From Mycoplasmatota bacterium (lineage in GTDB: Bacteria; Bacillota_I; Bacilli_A; MAG-NZ): 64,000 nt of DNA. Under the pieces are notes generated by a model. The model searched no databases, had not been told where the DNA came from, and saw only the letters and a list, made by a program, of their open reading frames with translations. This document shows positions 30,710 to 41,508 of this stretch, piece by piece. Numbering within the stretch: position 1 is the stretch's first letter; each line of letters begins with the position of its first letter. Made by a program: the position numbers and the translations under genes. The stretch lies in the NCBI GenBank assembly GCA_018394315.1, contig CP074575.1, forward strand, positions 1,396,615 to 1,460,614, written 5' to 3'.

Positions 30710-33076
30710 TTACTCTACAAGTAACTCTTTTGGACTAATTTTAGAAATTGCCTTCTTCATTAATCCAGAGTTGAGAATTGTGACAAGTACAGGGATCATG
30801 ATAGATAATATAATACCCCATGTATCGAATGTAATAGGCATATCAACTATTCCTAATATGCTGCTAAGTGAATTCATAATGAATGGTATTGCTATTACTG
30901 AAATGATGATTCCAGGTACTATAGCTATAGCACTGATCACTAGGTTTTTCAAAAGATATATCTTCATGATTAGTCTGTTAGTCATTCCTATAGACTTGTA
31001 TATTCCATAATTAAATCTTTCTTTGTTTAAATTTGTTATGTTAATACTAAACATTACAATAAAACAGATTAGAGAGAATAGAATTATCACTGATGTGGTT
31101 ACCATTTTTAGAGTTTTCATCATAGATATCATTGAGGTATTTGCACTCTCATAGAATGTATCTACATTATCTGAGAACAGATTAGCTATCGTATTATTGA
31201 AATCTATTTCAGTAACATTATCTCTTAAACGAACATAAATACTTGAGTAAGGCAAGATATTTGTCGGGATCTCATCTAGCATTAATGAGAATGTCAGTCC
31301 AGAATTGCTCATGTTTTGGTATATACCAACAATTAAGAATTCTTGCTCTTTGCCAAGAGATTTTATGGTAACGTAATCACCAATAGTTTTATTTAATGTC
31401 TTCATAAGATTATAACCACACATAACTTCATTATCTGATGATGGTATTCTTCCTTCAAGTGTTTGGAAATTGAATGGTTCTGAATCATTTGTACTGTAGG
31501 TAGTGCCAATATAGTTAACAAATTGATTTTTTTGTTCGTCTAGTACTTGACTATTTGTATCAGTATACCAAAGCATTGTTCCTTGAACTTGATTTGATTC
31601 TTCTAAATTATTTATTATTGCTCCATGTGATAGTCTTTCCTGAGGCTTTAAGTTTGTTATTTGAACATCATACTCGAATCCGCGCCATAAAGCAGTGTTT
31701 TCTCTTTCACTCCACAGTGTTGTAGAAATAGAAGAGAAAGTTACTATGGTGAAAACAGTAGCTATAATAAACATAATAGAAGTTATTGTAAGTTTTTTAT
31801 TATAGAGCATATCCTTGAAAGCTAAAACTAAAGATATTGGTAATTTCTTATACTTTTTGAATGACAGTATAAGTTTGTTTTCATTTGATTCAGCACCTGA
31901 CTGAAGTGCTACTGCAGGCTTAACTTTAATTACCTTACGTGATACGAGGTATACAGTAACTCCAATTATTACTAGCAAGAATAAAATTGTGAAGAATAAC
32001 TGAAGATAGTTAATTCCGTAAGGTAACCCTTGAAGTCTATATAATTCATTTAAATCATTGAATACATTTTTACTCAAAATAATGCTTCCGACAGCTCCAA
32101 TTAATAATCCTATTATCGATAATATAGAATACTGTATCAAATATACCGAGATGATGTTGTTTGATGAGAATCCAGTGCTTTTTAGAATTGCTATCTTTTT
32201 GGTTTCTGTAATTATGCTGTTATAAATGATGCTACTAATAATGAATAAACTTACAACCATTAATATTACTCCAAGTAAAGTGAATATTGATCCTAAAATC
32301 ACATAGAAGAAGGAGTTTGCACTAAGTAAAATTTGATGACTATACGGTGTAACATAATCTGAATATTCTCCCAATTCAATTTTCATTTCATCAAGTAAAT
32401 TTTGCTCAACCTCAGGTGTATATTGATTATATGAAACACCTATAGAATATCCAACTTGATTACCATTAAGATTATCAATTGTTTTGCTAGTAACCCAGAG
32501 TCTATTTAGTGTAATGGTTTGCACATTGAATGATAAATCGATTCCAATACCGGCCACTATAAATTCTTCACTGCCATTTTCCGTATAGACTATGACTTGA
32601 TCACCAAGATCTGTACCATCTAAAACTGTCTTACCGTAACTTACAATTATTTCATTATTATCGAGTTCGTTTTGACTTTTTCCTTCAACAATCAGTATTT
32701 GATCGTAGTCTGTTTCTGAAACTGCAGTCATAAATGGCATTTCTAAAGTGATTGGCTCTGTTTCATCGCTATATACTTCTGACTTTTTTATTTTTCCAAA
32801 ATAACCAAGTGAATTAACATTCTTAACTGCATCATGATTTTCTAAGAATTCCGTTACATGATCGTAGGTATCTTGATCCTCTACTATTAATAGCAATTGA
32901 GATGTCTGCGATTCAATATACAAATCACTGTAATCTGTTGATGAACCAAAAAGTCTAATTGATAAAATGAATAAGACTCCAATTGAGGAAAATACTATTG
33001 CCAAAATTAGATTTTGAAGCTTGAGTTCCTTAAAATTCCCCCATACTAGTAAAAAAATAGTTTTCATAGTTACCAA
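30710..33076 (-). CDS. FtsX/MacB-type ABC permease
   Basis: Two FtsX halves (IAILKSTGFS, YGIYKSIGMT). Confidence 0.85.
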   Translation of the reverse strand: MVTMKTIFLLVWGNFKELKLQNLILAIVFSSIGVLFILSIRLFGSSTDYSDLYIESQTSQLLLIVEDQDTYDHVTEFLENHDAVKNVNSLGYFGKIKKSEVYSDETEPITLEMPFMTAVSETDYDQILIVEGKSQNELDNNEIIVSYGKTVLDGTDLGDQVIVYTENGSEEFIVAGIGIDLSFNVQTITLNRLWVTSKTIDNLNGNQVGYSIGVSYNQYTPEVEQNLLDEMKIELGEYSDYVTPYSHQILLSANSFFYVILGSIFTLLGVILMVVSLFIISSIIYNSIITETKKIAILKSTGFSSNNIISVYLIQYSILSIIGLLIGAVGSIILSKNVFNDLNELYRLQGLPYGINYLQLFFTILFLLVIIGVTVYLVSRKVIKVKPAVALQSGAESNENKLILSFKKYKKLPISLVLAFKDMLYNKKLTITSIMFIIATVFTIVTFSSISTTLWSERENTALWRGFEYDVQITNLKPQERLSHGAIINNLEESNQVQGTMLWYTDTNSQVLDEQKNQFVNYIGTTYSTNDSEPFNFQTLEGRIPSSDNEVMCGYNLMKTLNKTIGDYVTIKSLGKEQEFLIVGIYQNMSNSGLTFSLMLDEIPTNILPYSSIYVRLRDNVTEIDFNNTIANLFSDNVDTFYESANTSMISMMKTLKMVTTSVIILFSLICFIVMFSINITNLNKERFNYGIYKSIGMTNRLIMKIYLLKNLVISAIAIVPGIIISVIAIPFIMNSLSSILGIVDMPITFDTWGIILSIMIPVLVTILNSGLMKKAISKISPKELLVE

Positions 33077-33828
33077 CCTTTCTTACTAAGGAAATTAAAT
33101 ATAGTCTGTTCCTGCTCTGCTGGGTTTGTCATTTTGTATTTTTCTAAGTTCAATTCTCCATCAATACGCCCGTCATGCAAAAAGATCACTCTGTTTGCGA
33201 AACTAGCAGATTTGATATCATGAGTCACCATTACGATTGTTTGCCCCTCTTTATTAAATTCATTCATTAATTCTAGTACTGCTTTACCGCTACTTGAATT
33301 GAGAGCTCCAGTTGGTTCATCGGCAAATAAAATATCTGGTTGATTTATTAAGGATCTTGCAATAGCTGCTCTTTGTTTTTGTCCACCAGAGACTTGTGAT
33401 GGTAGTTTGTTAATGTGTTGCTCCAAATCCATTTTTTCTAAGAGAACTTTTGCTCTTTTATTGATTTCTTTTTTAGAAGCTTTTGTTAAATAACCGGGTA
33501 CAACGATGTTTTCATAAAGAGATAGATTTGAAACTAGATTTATTCCTTGAAATATAAACCCAATATTATCTCGTCGTATTTTTGTCATTTCTTTTGGTTC
33601 TGCTTCGTTAATTTGACTCCCATTAATAAACACTTCCCCGCTCGTAATACTATCCATTCCACTTAATGTATATAGTAAAGTTGATTTGCCTGAGCCAGAC
33701 TGACCCATTATCGCGACGAATTCTCCCTTTTGAATTTCCAACTTTACATTCTTAAGTGCATTGAACTCAACCTCATCACTATAATATGTTTTACACAAGT
33801 GGGTACATTTTAAAATTGATTCTTTCAT
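33070..33828 (-). CDS. ABC ATP-binding protein (LolD/MacB-like)
   Basis: GQSGSGKST, VSGGQKQR, FADEPTGAL, VTHD. Confidence 0.93.
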   Translation of the reverse strand: MKESILKCTHLCKTYYSDEVEFNALKNVKLEIQKGEFVAIMGQSGSGKSTLLYTLSGMDSITSGEVFINGSQINEAEPKEMTKIRRDNIGFIFQGINLVSNLSLYENIVVPGYLTKASKKEINKRAKVLLEKMDLEQHINKLPSQVSGGQKQRAAIARSLINQPDILFADEPTGALNSSSGKAVLELMNEFNKEGQTIVMVTHDIKSASFANRVIFLHDGRIDGELNLEKYKMTNPAEQEQTIFNFLSKKGW

Positions 33829-34244
33829 TTTATCTCCTCCAATTTATTTACACGCTTATTATATGAACTAATTATTAAATCACAACTATTAAATTATTAA
33901 GATTTTATTAAGTTTAATTTAGCATGATAATTAGCGAAGATAATACACCTTTAGAAATTTTTATATAGTTTAAAATGTAAAATCTTTATAGTTACTTATG
34001 TGTTCCAGCGCTTGAGTTAAATCTATGTACCACAATTGAATGAAATTTAAAAATTAAATATCCCAAAAAAATTAAATAAAGATATAAAACATTTTTCCTT
34101 TGTGAACTTCTCATTCATTTTATGTTTAATTATAGGAATATTGATTTGTATCTTTGAAGCATATAAAGGTAAATGGAGTAGAAAAACAAAAAGTTGATAT
34201 TAAGAATAAAGAGACATTTAGTCTCTTTTTAACTTGAAATATAT

Positions 34245-34272
34245 GTCGTTTCGGTCTCCAACACCGTTATAC
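34245..34272. repeat. short dispersed repeat family 2, copy 1
   Basis: GTCGTTTCGGTCTCCAACACCGTTATAC; also at 35971 and 36755. Confidence 0.75.
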
Positions 34273-34485
34273 GATTTTTTCAACAATAATGCAACACAAT
34301 TTTTGATAGAGGTTACACGTACAAACCTCTTTTTACATGCAGATAAGATAATATGAGAGATTACGAGATATTTATAGGTACCAGAGTTGATTACCTTTAA
34401 AGTGGTTTTCTATATGATAATTGGTTGTTTGTAATATCTCAGAGTTTCATATAAACATACTCTAGTACTAGAAAGGGGGAATTTT

Positions 34486-34659
34486 ATGAGTTACGGTGGA
34501 TATGGTTATGGCGGCGGATACAGTTCCAGTGGCGGATACGGTTACGGTGGCTATGGCGGATACAGTTACGGTTGTTGTGGTTCTAATAGTGGCTATACAA
34601 TAGTTTTAGTATTATATATATTGTTGGTTATTATAGGTATTGCTTCTACTAAATGTTAA
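34486..34659 (+). CDS. YjcZ-family small sporulation protein (57 aa, not in ORF track)
   Basis: AAAGGGGG RBS; MSYGGYGYGGG...YTIVLVLYILLVIIG matches the Gly-rich plus hydrophobic YjcZ pattern. Confidence 0.8.
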   Translation: MSYGGYGYGGGYSSSGGYGYGGYGGYSYGCCGSNSGYTIVLVLYILLVIIGIASTKC

Positions 34660-34891
34660 GTGATTTCTACCCTTCTAACAAAGTAGTTTCATTTTGTAGT
34701 TAAGAATTACTTAACTATGCATAAAAAAGTTGATTACAATATGTAGTGAACTTTTTACTTTATGATTATTTAAACAATAACATATATAATATTATGATAG
34801 AGGCTATTCGTACAAACCTCTTTTTTTTTATGAACATAAGATATTATGAAGAAAGCAACTTACGAAATTTTAGAAATTAGGAGGTGAAATT

Positions 34892-35791
34892 ATAAAGGGT
34901 AGAGCATTAGTGTATGTTACAAATGCAGATGATGACACTGTATCAGTAATCCAAACATCAGATAACCTAGTAATTGATACTATTACAGTAGGAAATACTC
35001 CACATGGATTAGCAGTAACACCAAATGGTAAGTTTGTCTATATTGCAAATGCAAATGATGATACTGTTTCAGTAATCCAAACATCTAACAATACAGTTGT
35101 TGATACTATATCAGTTGGAAGTGTTCCGAACAGAGTAGCAATAACACCGAATGGTAAGTTTGCGTATGTGGTAAACTTAAGTGGTGACAATGTTTCAGTA
35201 ATCAAAATAACAGATAGTGCAGTAGTTGATACTATAGCGGTTGGAGATTTTCCACATGGAATAGCGATAACACCAAATGGTAAATATGCATATGTTGCAA
35301 GTGTAAATGATAATTCTTTATCAGTAATCCGAACATCAGATAATTTAGTAGTAGATACTATAAGAGTTGGAACTCGGCCTATTGGAGTAGCAATAACACC
35401 AAATAGGAAATTTGTATATGTTACAAGTGAGATAGATGATAATGTATCAATAATCCAAATATCAGACAATACAGTAGTAGATACAATATCAGTTGGAAAC
35501 ACACCTTTTGGTATAGCAGTAACACCAAATGGAAAGTACGTGTATGTTACAAATCATAATGATGACACTGTATCAGTGATTCAGACATCCGACAACACAG
35601 TAGTAGATACTATAACAGTTGGAAATGGACCAATCGGAGTAGCATTAACACAAAATAGTCAGTTTGCATATGTTACAAATCATTTTGATGACAATGTATC
35701 AGTAATCAGAATATGTGATAATACAGTAGTTGATATTATTACAGTTGGACATCTTCCACGTGAATTAGCAGTAACACATAATCGAGCTTGA
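34892..35791 (+). CDS. YVTN/YncE 7-bladed beta-propeller protein (ATA at RBS-optimal position; GTG at 34910)
   Basis: Seven ~42-aa YVTN...VSVI...VGxxPxGxAxTPNGK repeats. Confidence 0.88.
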   Translation: MKGRALVYVTNADDDTVSVIQTSDNLVIDTITVGNTPHGLAVTPNGKFVYIANANDDTVSVIQTSNNTVVDTISVGSVPNRVAITPNGKFAYVVNLSGDNVSVIKITDSAVVDTIAVGDFPHGIAITPNGKYAYVASVNDNSLSVIRTSDNLVVDTIRVGTRPIGVAITPNRKFVYVTSEIDDNVSIIQISDNTVVDTISVGNTPFGIAVTPNGKYVYVTNHNDDTVSVIQTSDNTVVDTITVGNGPIGVALTQNSQFAYVTNHFDDNVSVIRICDNTVVDIITVGHLPRELAVTHNRA

Positions 35792-35970
35792 TTTAAGAAA
35801 ATTTAATCAATTTCTTCTTCGGGTTTGCAATATTAGACATATATAAATATTACTATTAGAAAGTTAGAATTAGCTTGAAACTCGGATAATGAGATAGAAT
35901 CAATTGGGACTAGGGATGAATATTTATTTGAGAAGAGGATTCAAAACCTCTTTTTTTTGCCTTAAATGCG

Positions 35971-35997
35971 GCGTTCGGTCTCCAACACCGATTATAC
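35971..35997. repeat. short dispersed repeat family 2, copy 2
   Basis: GCGTTCGGTCTCCAACACCGATTATAC. Confidence 0.75.
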
Positions 35998-36081
35998 AGA
36001 ATAAGAGTCTTAGTGGCTATCTTTTTCTATAAAGACTATAATAGTATGCTATAATAGTTTATATTAAACAGGGAGGACTTT

Positions 36082-36480
36082 ATGATAAAGAAGTCGATGA
36101 AATATCGTAAGGTTTACATAAGTTTAGTTATAATTACAATATTATTAATCTGCTTTCTATTTTTAAGTAACTCTTTAACAAAAGTACGAGATGGAAAGTA
36201 TTTATGTTTTAAATTAAACACATACACAAAAACTGATATGGAGTCAGGAAAAGAAGTTGAATACACTTTATGTAGAGTATTAAAGACAAGTTATACTGAA
36301 AGGTTAAACAGTATTGAGACAGATGAATATACAATAACAGAACTATCTTTAAATGGTGAATATAGAATTATCTATGACGGTCATGATTACAGTCCATTGG
36401 GCGTAGTTCCTGGAGGGTATTTAACAATAGAAGAACTAGAAAGAACTGGATACCCGTTCAAAATTGAATACAATAATTAA
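36082..36480 (+). CDS. hypothetical membrane-anchored protein
   Basis: GGGAGG RBS, N-terminal TM helix. Confidence 0.65.
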   Translation: MIKKSMKYRKVYISLVIITILLICFLFLSNSLTKVRDGKYLCFKLNTYTKTDMESGKEVEYTLCRVLKTSYTERLNSIETDEYTITELSLNGEYRIIYDGHDYSPLGVVPGGYLTIEELERTGYPFKIEYNN

Positions 36481-36580
36481 ATAGAGAAACAGATATATAT
36501 ATCTTCTGTCTCCAAAAATCGTTAATAGAATTACTCTTCCAGAACTAAAGATTTTATTTAATACGAGGGGAGAGTTAAAA

Positions 36581-36742
36581 ATGGAATATCTGATTATTTC
36601 TTTAATTGGATTTTTATATTACCTGACTATCAAAGCAATTGATAAAATTCACCGTAACGAAGATTACTTCGTACAGTTTTTTTTTGGAGTTGCTTTAGTT
36701 GTAATTATTGCATTTATACATTATGGGTGGCTTGCAAATTAG
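36581..36742 (+). CDS. small 2-TM protein (53 aa, not in ORF track)
   Basis: GAGGGGAG RBS; MEYLIISLIGFLYYL...FFFGVALVVIIAFIHYGWLAN. Confidence 0.55.
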   Translation: MEYLIISLIGFLYYLTIKAIDKIHRNEDYFVQFFFGVALVVIIAFIHYGWLAN

Positions 36743-36754
36743 TTTTGAATATGC

Positions 36755-36778
36755 GTCGTTATCGATCTCCAACACCGT
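36755..36778. repeat. short dispersed repeat family 2, copy 3
   Basis: GTCGTTATCGATCTCCAACACCGT. Confidence 0.65.
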
Positions 36779-36979
36779 CGGTACTGTTTCAAATCCTGTT
36801 TTCCTGCCATATACATAATAAGAATATATCATATATTTAAAACTCTTTTGATATTCATGTAAATTGTAATGTCATGTGATAGATGCTAAAATTGCTATGG
36901 TGCAGCTCCTGATTACTTGAAAAACTCAAGGGAATATTAATAAATCATTAAGAGGTAATAAATTAAGAGGCAATAAATT

Positions 36980-37900
36980 ATGAGGTTAAATATGGAAGTA
37001 ATTAAACTTAATGAAAAGTATTTAGAAGCATTTAAAGAATATTGTTTAAAATACAGGTATGTACATGATGAATCATTTTTATATGATGATGAACTTGAAA
37101 AATTTGAATTAAATGTTAAGAATCCAACCCAATTACTTCTTGATGAAAATAAAATTTGTGGAGTCATTTCTCTAATGATTGATGAATATTTCTTGAAGTC
37201 TAAGAAAGCAAGAGTTAGGATTTTTCATTGTGAAAAGTCATTGAAATCACACTATAATATGTTACTGGACGCGATATTGCCATTAGAATTTCAAGTTGAT
37301 AAGTTAGAAATGTTTTTGCCTAGATCATTAAAAGAAACTCGAATAATATTGGAAGAATTATTATTTAACTACTATAGGACATCGTTTGTAATGATTAGGA
37401 AGGACAAACCATTAATAGATTTTTCTTTTATAGATGATTATCAGCTAAAACCTTTCAGAAAAGGCATTGATGAAGAGCACTATGCGGAAATTAGAAATAA
37501 AGCATTCAAGGATTTAAAGGGTAATAAAACTCCAATTACAAAGGAGATGGTTTTAAAACAATATGATGACTCGTATTTATTAAAGGATGGAATGCAAATT
37601 TTATGGCATCTAAGTAAACCTGTTGGTATTGTACGTATGCTTCGTGAGTCTGATGAAAGTGGAAATTACAGCTTCGTTGCACCAATCGCTTTGATACCTG
37701 AATACCAGGGGAAGGGATTGGGAGGATCGTTATTACGAGCTGGAATTTCAATTGGACAGGATAATGGTATAAACAATTCAATGTTGGTTGTAAATGGCGA
37801 GAATGAAAATGCACTGACTCTTTATAAAAGAGAAGGATATGTAATAGAAACGGAAGTTTCTTGTTACGAAAGAAAATTGATTAACACAATTGGAAATTAA
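36980..37900 (+). CDS. tandem GNAT acetyltransferase
   Basis: IPEYQGKGLGGSLL, NENALTLYKREGY. Confidence 0.8.
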   Translation: MRLNMEVIKLNEKYLEAFKEYCLKYRYVHDESFLYDDELEKFELNVKNPTQLLLDENKICGVISLMIDEYFLKSKKARVRIFHCEKSLKSHYNMLLDAILPLEFQVDKLEMFLPRSLKETRIILEELLFNYYRTSFVMIRKDKPLIDFSFIDDYQLKPFRKGIDEEHYAEIRNKAFKDLKGNKTPITKEMVLKQYDDSYLLKDGMQILWHLSKPVGIVRMLRESDESGNYSFVAPIALIPEYQGKGLGGSLLRAGISIGQDNGINNSMLVVNGENENALTLYKREGYVIETEVSCYERKLINTIGN

Positions 37901-38116
37901 TCGTCAACCAATCCTGATGCGGAAATTACTATTACATTTAACATTACAAAATGAATTAAAAGTTTAGTGAGATAATCTATGTTAACTATAGAAAATAATT
38001 TAAATAGTTAAAAGATATTGAAATAAAATAAACTTAATAAAATCTTAATAATTTAATAGTTGTGGTTTAATAATTAGTTCATATAATAAGCATGTCAATA
38101 AATTGGAGGAGATAAA

Positions 38117-38521
38117 ATGAAAGATTTAATTCTAAAATATAATGGAAACGATTATGATTTAAGTTGTAGTGAAATGATTTTACACGCTGCTAATGAAAAA
38201 TGGAACTTAAAACTTAATGATTCTAACTTTAAAATGGTAGCCCCATTTAGCGGAGGATTTTACACTGAGGATGTTTGTGGTATTGTTACAGCATGTTTAT
38301 GTGTATTAGGAATTTTGTTTACTGATGGTGTTGCTCATCAGAGTTCAGTTATGAAAGATTCTGTAAGTGAATTCATAGCATTATTTAACGAAAGATTATC
38401 TACAATAAATTGTAAGGTTTTAAAAAAGAGCTATAGGGATGAACAATTTGGTTGTAGAGATATCATTGTTGAGGGTGGAGTAATTTTAGAAGAAGTAGTT
38501 AATAATCATCAGTTGAAGTAA
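38117..38521 (+). CDS. C-GCAxxG-C-C family redox protein
   Basis: CSE...FSGG..CGIVT..INC..C spacing. Confidence 0.75.
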   Translation: MKDLILKYNGNDYDLSCSEMILHAANEKWNLKLNDSNFKMVAPFSGGFYTEDVCGIVTACLCVLGILFTDGVAHQSSVMKDSVSEFIALFNERLSTINCKVLKKSYRDEQFGCRDIIVEGGVILEEVVNNHQLK

Positions 38522-38705
38522 CTGATGATTTTTTTTAGAATATAACGAACTAGGAACCGTTTTACACATAAACCACGAAGGAATATAATCCTCAAGAGCT
38601 ATACTCTATAGCATTTTCTTAACAAAGATATATTACAATTTCCGCTCATCTAGAATACTTAATTTCTCAACACCCAGGATAGCTGATTATCTATAAGATT
38701 TTTTA

Positions 38706-38728
38706 TGACATTCCAGGAGAGATTCGAA
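38706..38728 (-). repeat. degenerate tRNA 3'-end fragment (att scar, arm absent)
   Basis: TGACATTCCAGGAGAGATTCGAA versus TGGCACCCCAGGAGAGATTCGAA at 62330. Confidence 0.65.
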
Positions 38729-38997
38729 TTTATTATTTTCTGTTTTTTTTTCTGAAATGTTTATGATTTTTATATATGTTATAATAAAAAAAAGCTCATT
38801 ATCGTATGAGCAAAATTTGAACGCCATATGAAATCAACTAGAATTGTAGTGAATGACTACAAATATCACCAAAATTTAGATAATTCGATAAATGATATGA
38901 CTGTTATAAATTTGAAAAATCGATGCTGGTAAAACATCAACTCTCTAGCTGTTATAAGTCTCATGTAATAGCCCAAAACATATTTAGGAGGTAAAGA

Positions 38998-39696
38998 ATG
39001 AGTAAGCTAATAAAAGTATTAGTTGTTGAAGATGATGATGATATTAACAATATGCTATGTGACTTGCTAGAACAAAATGGATATAAGCCTATTCCTGTGT
39101 TTTCGGGAACAGAAGCTATTACGTGTTTTAAAAGTGATCCAGCCAATCTTGTATTATTAGATTTGATGTTACCGGGAAAGTCTGGTGAATTGGTGCTTTC
39201 TGATATTAGAAGTATGAGTCAAGTACCTGTGATTGTTATAACAGCTATAGCTAGTAAAGAATCGATTGTTTCAATCCTTAAGTTAGGAGCAAATGACTAT
39301 ATTGCAAAACCGTTTGATAATGATGAATTATTAGCTAGAATCGAAGTTCAATTAAGACAACAAGGTAATGCATTAGCGGAAAATGTGACACATGAAAATA
39401 TATTAACCTATAAAGAACTAGTATTAAACACAGAACAATATGATGCAATGATTGGTAATCAATCAATTAATCTATCTAAACGGGAATTTGAAATATTAAT
39501 GTTACTAATGAAAAATCCTAAAAAGGTTTTTACAAAAAATAATCTATTTGAAAGCATCTGGAAACAAGAGTTTATTTGTGATGATAATACAATTAATGTT
39601 CACATTAGTAATATTCGTTCTAAAATAGGTAAATTACGACCGTTAGATAAATACATACAAACTGTTTGGGGTATTGGGTATAAAATGCAAGAATAA
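38998..39696 (+). CDS. OmpR-family response regulator
   Basis: LDLMLPG, DYIAKPF, INVHISNIRSK, TVWGIGY. Confidence 0.93.
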   Translation: MSKLIKVLVVEDDDDINNMLCDLLEQNGYKPIPVFSGTEAITCFKSDPANLVLLDLMLPGKSGELVLSDIRSMSQVPVIVITAIASKESIVSILKLGANDYIAKPFDNDELLARIEVQLRQQGNALAENVTHENILTYKELVLNTEQYDAMIGNQSINLSKREFEILMLLMKNPKKVFTKNNLFESIWKQEFICDDNTINVHISNIRSKIGKLRPLDKYIQTVWGIGYKMQE

Positions 39697-39699
39697 AAT

Positions 39700-39738
39700 T
39701 AAGACTTTTTTAAGATTTAATTTAGTATTAATTAAGAC
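39700..39738 (+). promoter_or_regulatory. TTAAGA direct repeats, likely binding site for the adjacent response regulator
   Basis: TTAAGACTTTTTAAGATT...TTAAGAC upstream of the ABC genes; similar repeats at ~33870-33912. Confidence 0.5.
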
Positions 39739-39784
39739 CTTACATGTAATATTATGATATCAAATGAAAGGAGAGTATAATCAA

Positions 39785-40699
39785 ATGAAAGAAATTATAT
39801 TGAAAACTCATAATATTACTAAGAATTATTCCGGTACAGCAGCAGTGAAAAGTTTTAATATGACAATATATAAAGGTGATATTTATGGGTTGATAGGAAG
39901 AAATGGTGCAGGAAAAACTACTTTATCAAGAATTATAACTGGTCTTTCTATTCCCGATACCGGTAGTATTACACTATTTGGTAAACAATCACAATCTGAA
40001 TTGAATTATGAGAGAAAAAGAATTGGATGTGTTATTGAAACACCAGCGCTTTACAATAATCTAACGGCCACTCAAAATCTTGAGTATTACCGTATTCAAA
40101 GAGGTATACCTGATAAAAAAGTAATAATAAGAGCTTTAGAAATGGTAGATCTGACCAATACAGGAAAAAAGAAGTTTAAAAACTTTTCAATGGGTATGAA
40201 ACAACGTCTCGGCTTAGCATTAGCCCTTCTTAATAATCCTGACTTCATTATTTTAGATGAACCAATTAATGGACTCGATCCAATGGGAATTGTAGAAATG
40301 AGAAAGACAATAATTAAACTTAATCAAGACTACGGTATTACTATATTAATTTCAAGTCACATTCTTAAAGAATTATATTTAGTTGCAACTCGTTATGGTA
40401 TTATTGATAATGGAAAATTGATTAAAGAATTAAATCAAGATGAATTAAATGAAGAATGTCAAAAAGCTCTATTAATAACTGTTGATGATACAGCAAATGC
40501 AGCAGCGGTATTAGAAACTGTCTTAAAAACAAATAAGTTTAAAGTTATAAGTCAAAATGAGATTAAAGTATATGATTATCTTGACAACCCATCTGAAGTT
40601 ACATTTCAATTTAATGAAGCTGGAATTCGTGTATCGAGTATTAACGAAATCGGTGATAACTTAGAAAATTATTTTATTACTCAAGTTGGGGAGGTATAA
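39785..40699 (+). CDS. BcrA/lantibiotic-resistance-type ABC ATP-binding protein
   Basis: GRNGAGKTT, FSMGMKQRLG, LDEPINGLDP, SSH. Confidence 0.9.
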   Translation: MKEIILKTHNITKNYSGTAAVKSFNMTIYKGDIYGLIGRNGAGKTTLSRIITGLSIPDTGSITLFGKQSQSELNYERKRIGCVIETPALYNNLTATQNLEYYRIQRGIPDKKVIIRALEMVDLTNTGKKKFKNFSMGMKQRLGLALALLNNPDFIILDEPINGLDPMGIVEMRKTIIKLNQDYGITILISSHILKELYLVATRYGIIDNGKLIKELNQDELNEECQKALLITVDDTANAAAVLETVLKTNKFKVISQNEIKVYDYLDNPSEVTFQFNEAGIRVSSINEIGDNLENYFITQVGEV

Positions 40700-40703
40700 T
40701 TAA

Positions 40704-41492
40704 ATGATTAATTTAATTAAAGCAGATATATATAGAGTTTTTAGAGGAAAAGGTATTTATATTACTATTGGATTTTTATTAGGTCTTTGCAGTTTACAGG
40801 CCTTTGGAGGGATTGATTCTATTGGTGTTAGTTCTTCAAGTATGGAAGGTATAGATGAAGTTATTCCACTGGTAACAGGTAGAATAGCACCGTTGATTAT
40901 GATGAGAACAAATGATAATTTACTATACCTATTATTACCTATTATTATTATCATTTCATCGGTAGACTTTTCATCAGGTACAGCAAAGAATGTACTAGTT
41001 AATGGAGTTTCTCGAAGCAAATATTACTTGTCAAAACTGGTTCTTACTATGTTGTTTTGTATTATTTTGTTGGTATCTAGTATAGTGATTCCAACAATTA
41101 TTGTATCATTGATAAACGGTTTTGGTGGTGAATTTGATGGAGAGTTTATTGGTCAAGTGCTCAAAGCATTCAGTTTACAATTATTGCTATTTTTAGCTGT
41201 AACGAGTATTGGGATATTCTTCGTGTTTACAACAAAAAGCACAGCTAAAGTAAATGGAATATATATTGCTTTTTGTCTAGTACCGATGCTAATAATAGTA
41301 TTGTTGTTTAATATATCAGAAAAATTTTTAAAATTGTTTGATTATGAAGTGGTTATGAATATACGGATGGCAGCAAATGCTAACTCTATGTCTTCAGGTG
41401 AAATTGGAAGAATGATTTTAGTTGGACTTGTATATTTACTGCTTAGCCTAGTCGGTGGTCTTATATTATTTAGAAAATGTGATATTAAATAA
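40704..41492 (+). CDS. ABC-2 type permease
   Basis: MINLIKADIYR, DFSSGTAKN..GVSRSKYYLSK, FRKCDIK. Confidence 0.85.
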   Translation: MINLIKADIYRVFRGKGIYITIGFLLGLCSLQAFGGIDSIGVSSSSMEGIDEVIPLVTGRIAPLIMMRTNDNLLYLLLPIIIIISSVDFSSGTAKNVLVNGVSRSKYYLSKLVLTMLFCIILLVSSIVIPTIIVSLINGFGGEFDGEFIGQVLKAFSLQLLLFLAVTSIGIFFVFTTKSTAKVNGIYIAFCLVPMLIIVLLFNISEKFLKLFDYEVVMNIRMAANANSMSSGEIGRMILVGLVYLLLSLVGGLILFRKCDIK

Positions 41493-41508
41493 GTAGGAGG
41501 ATATACTC

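Noticed and set aside
35038..35502. 154-aa antisense ORF
   Set aside because: Shadow of the YVTN repeat gene.
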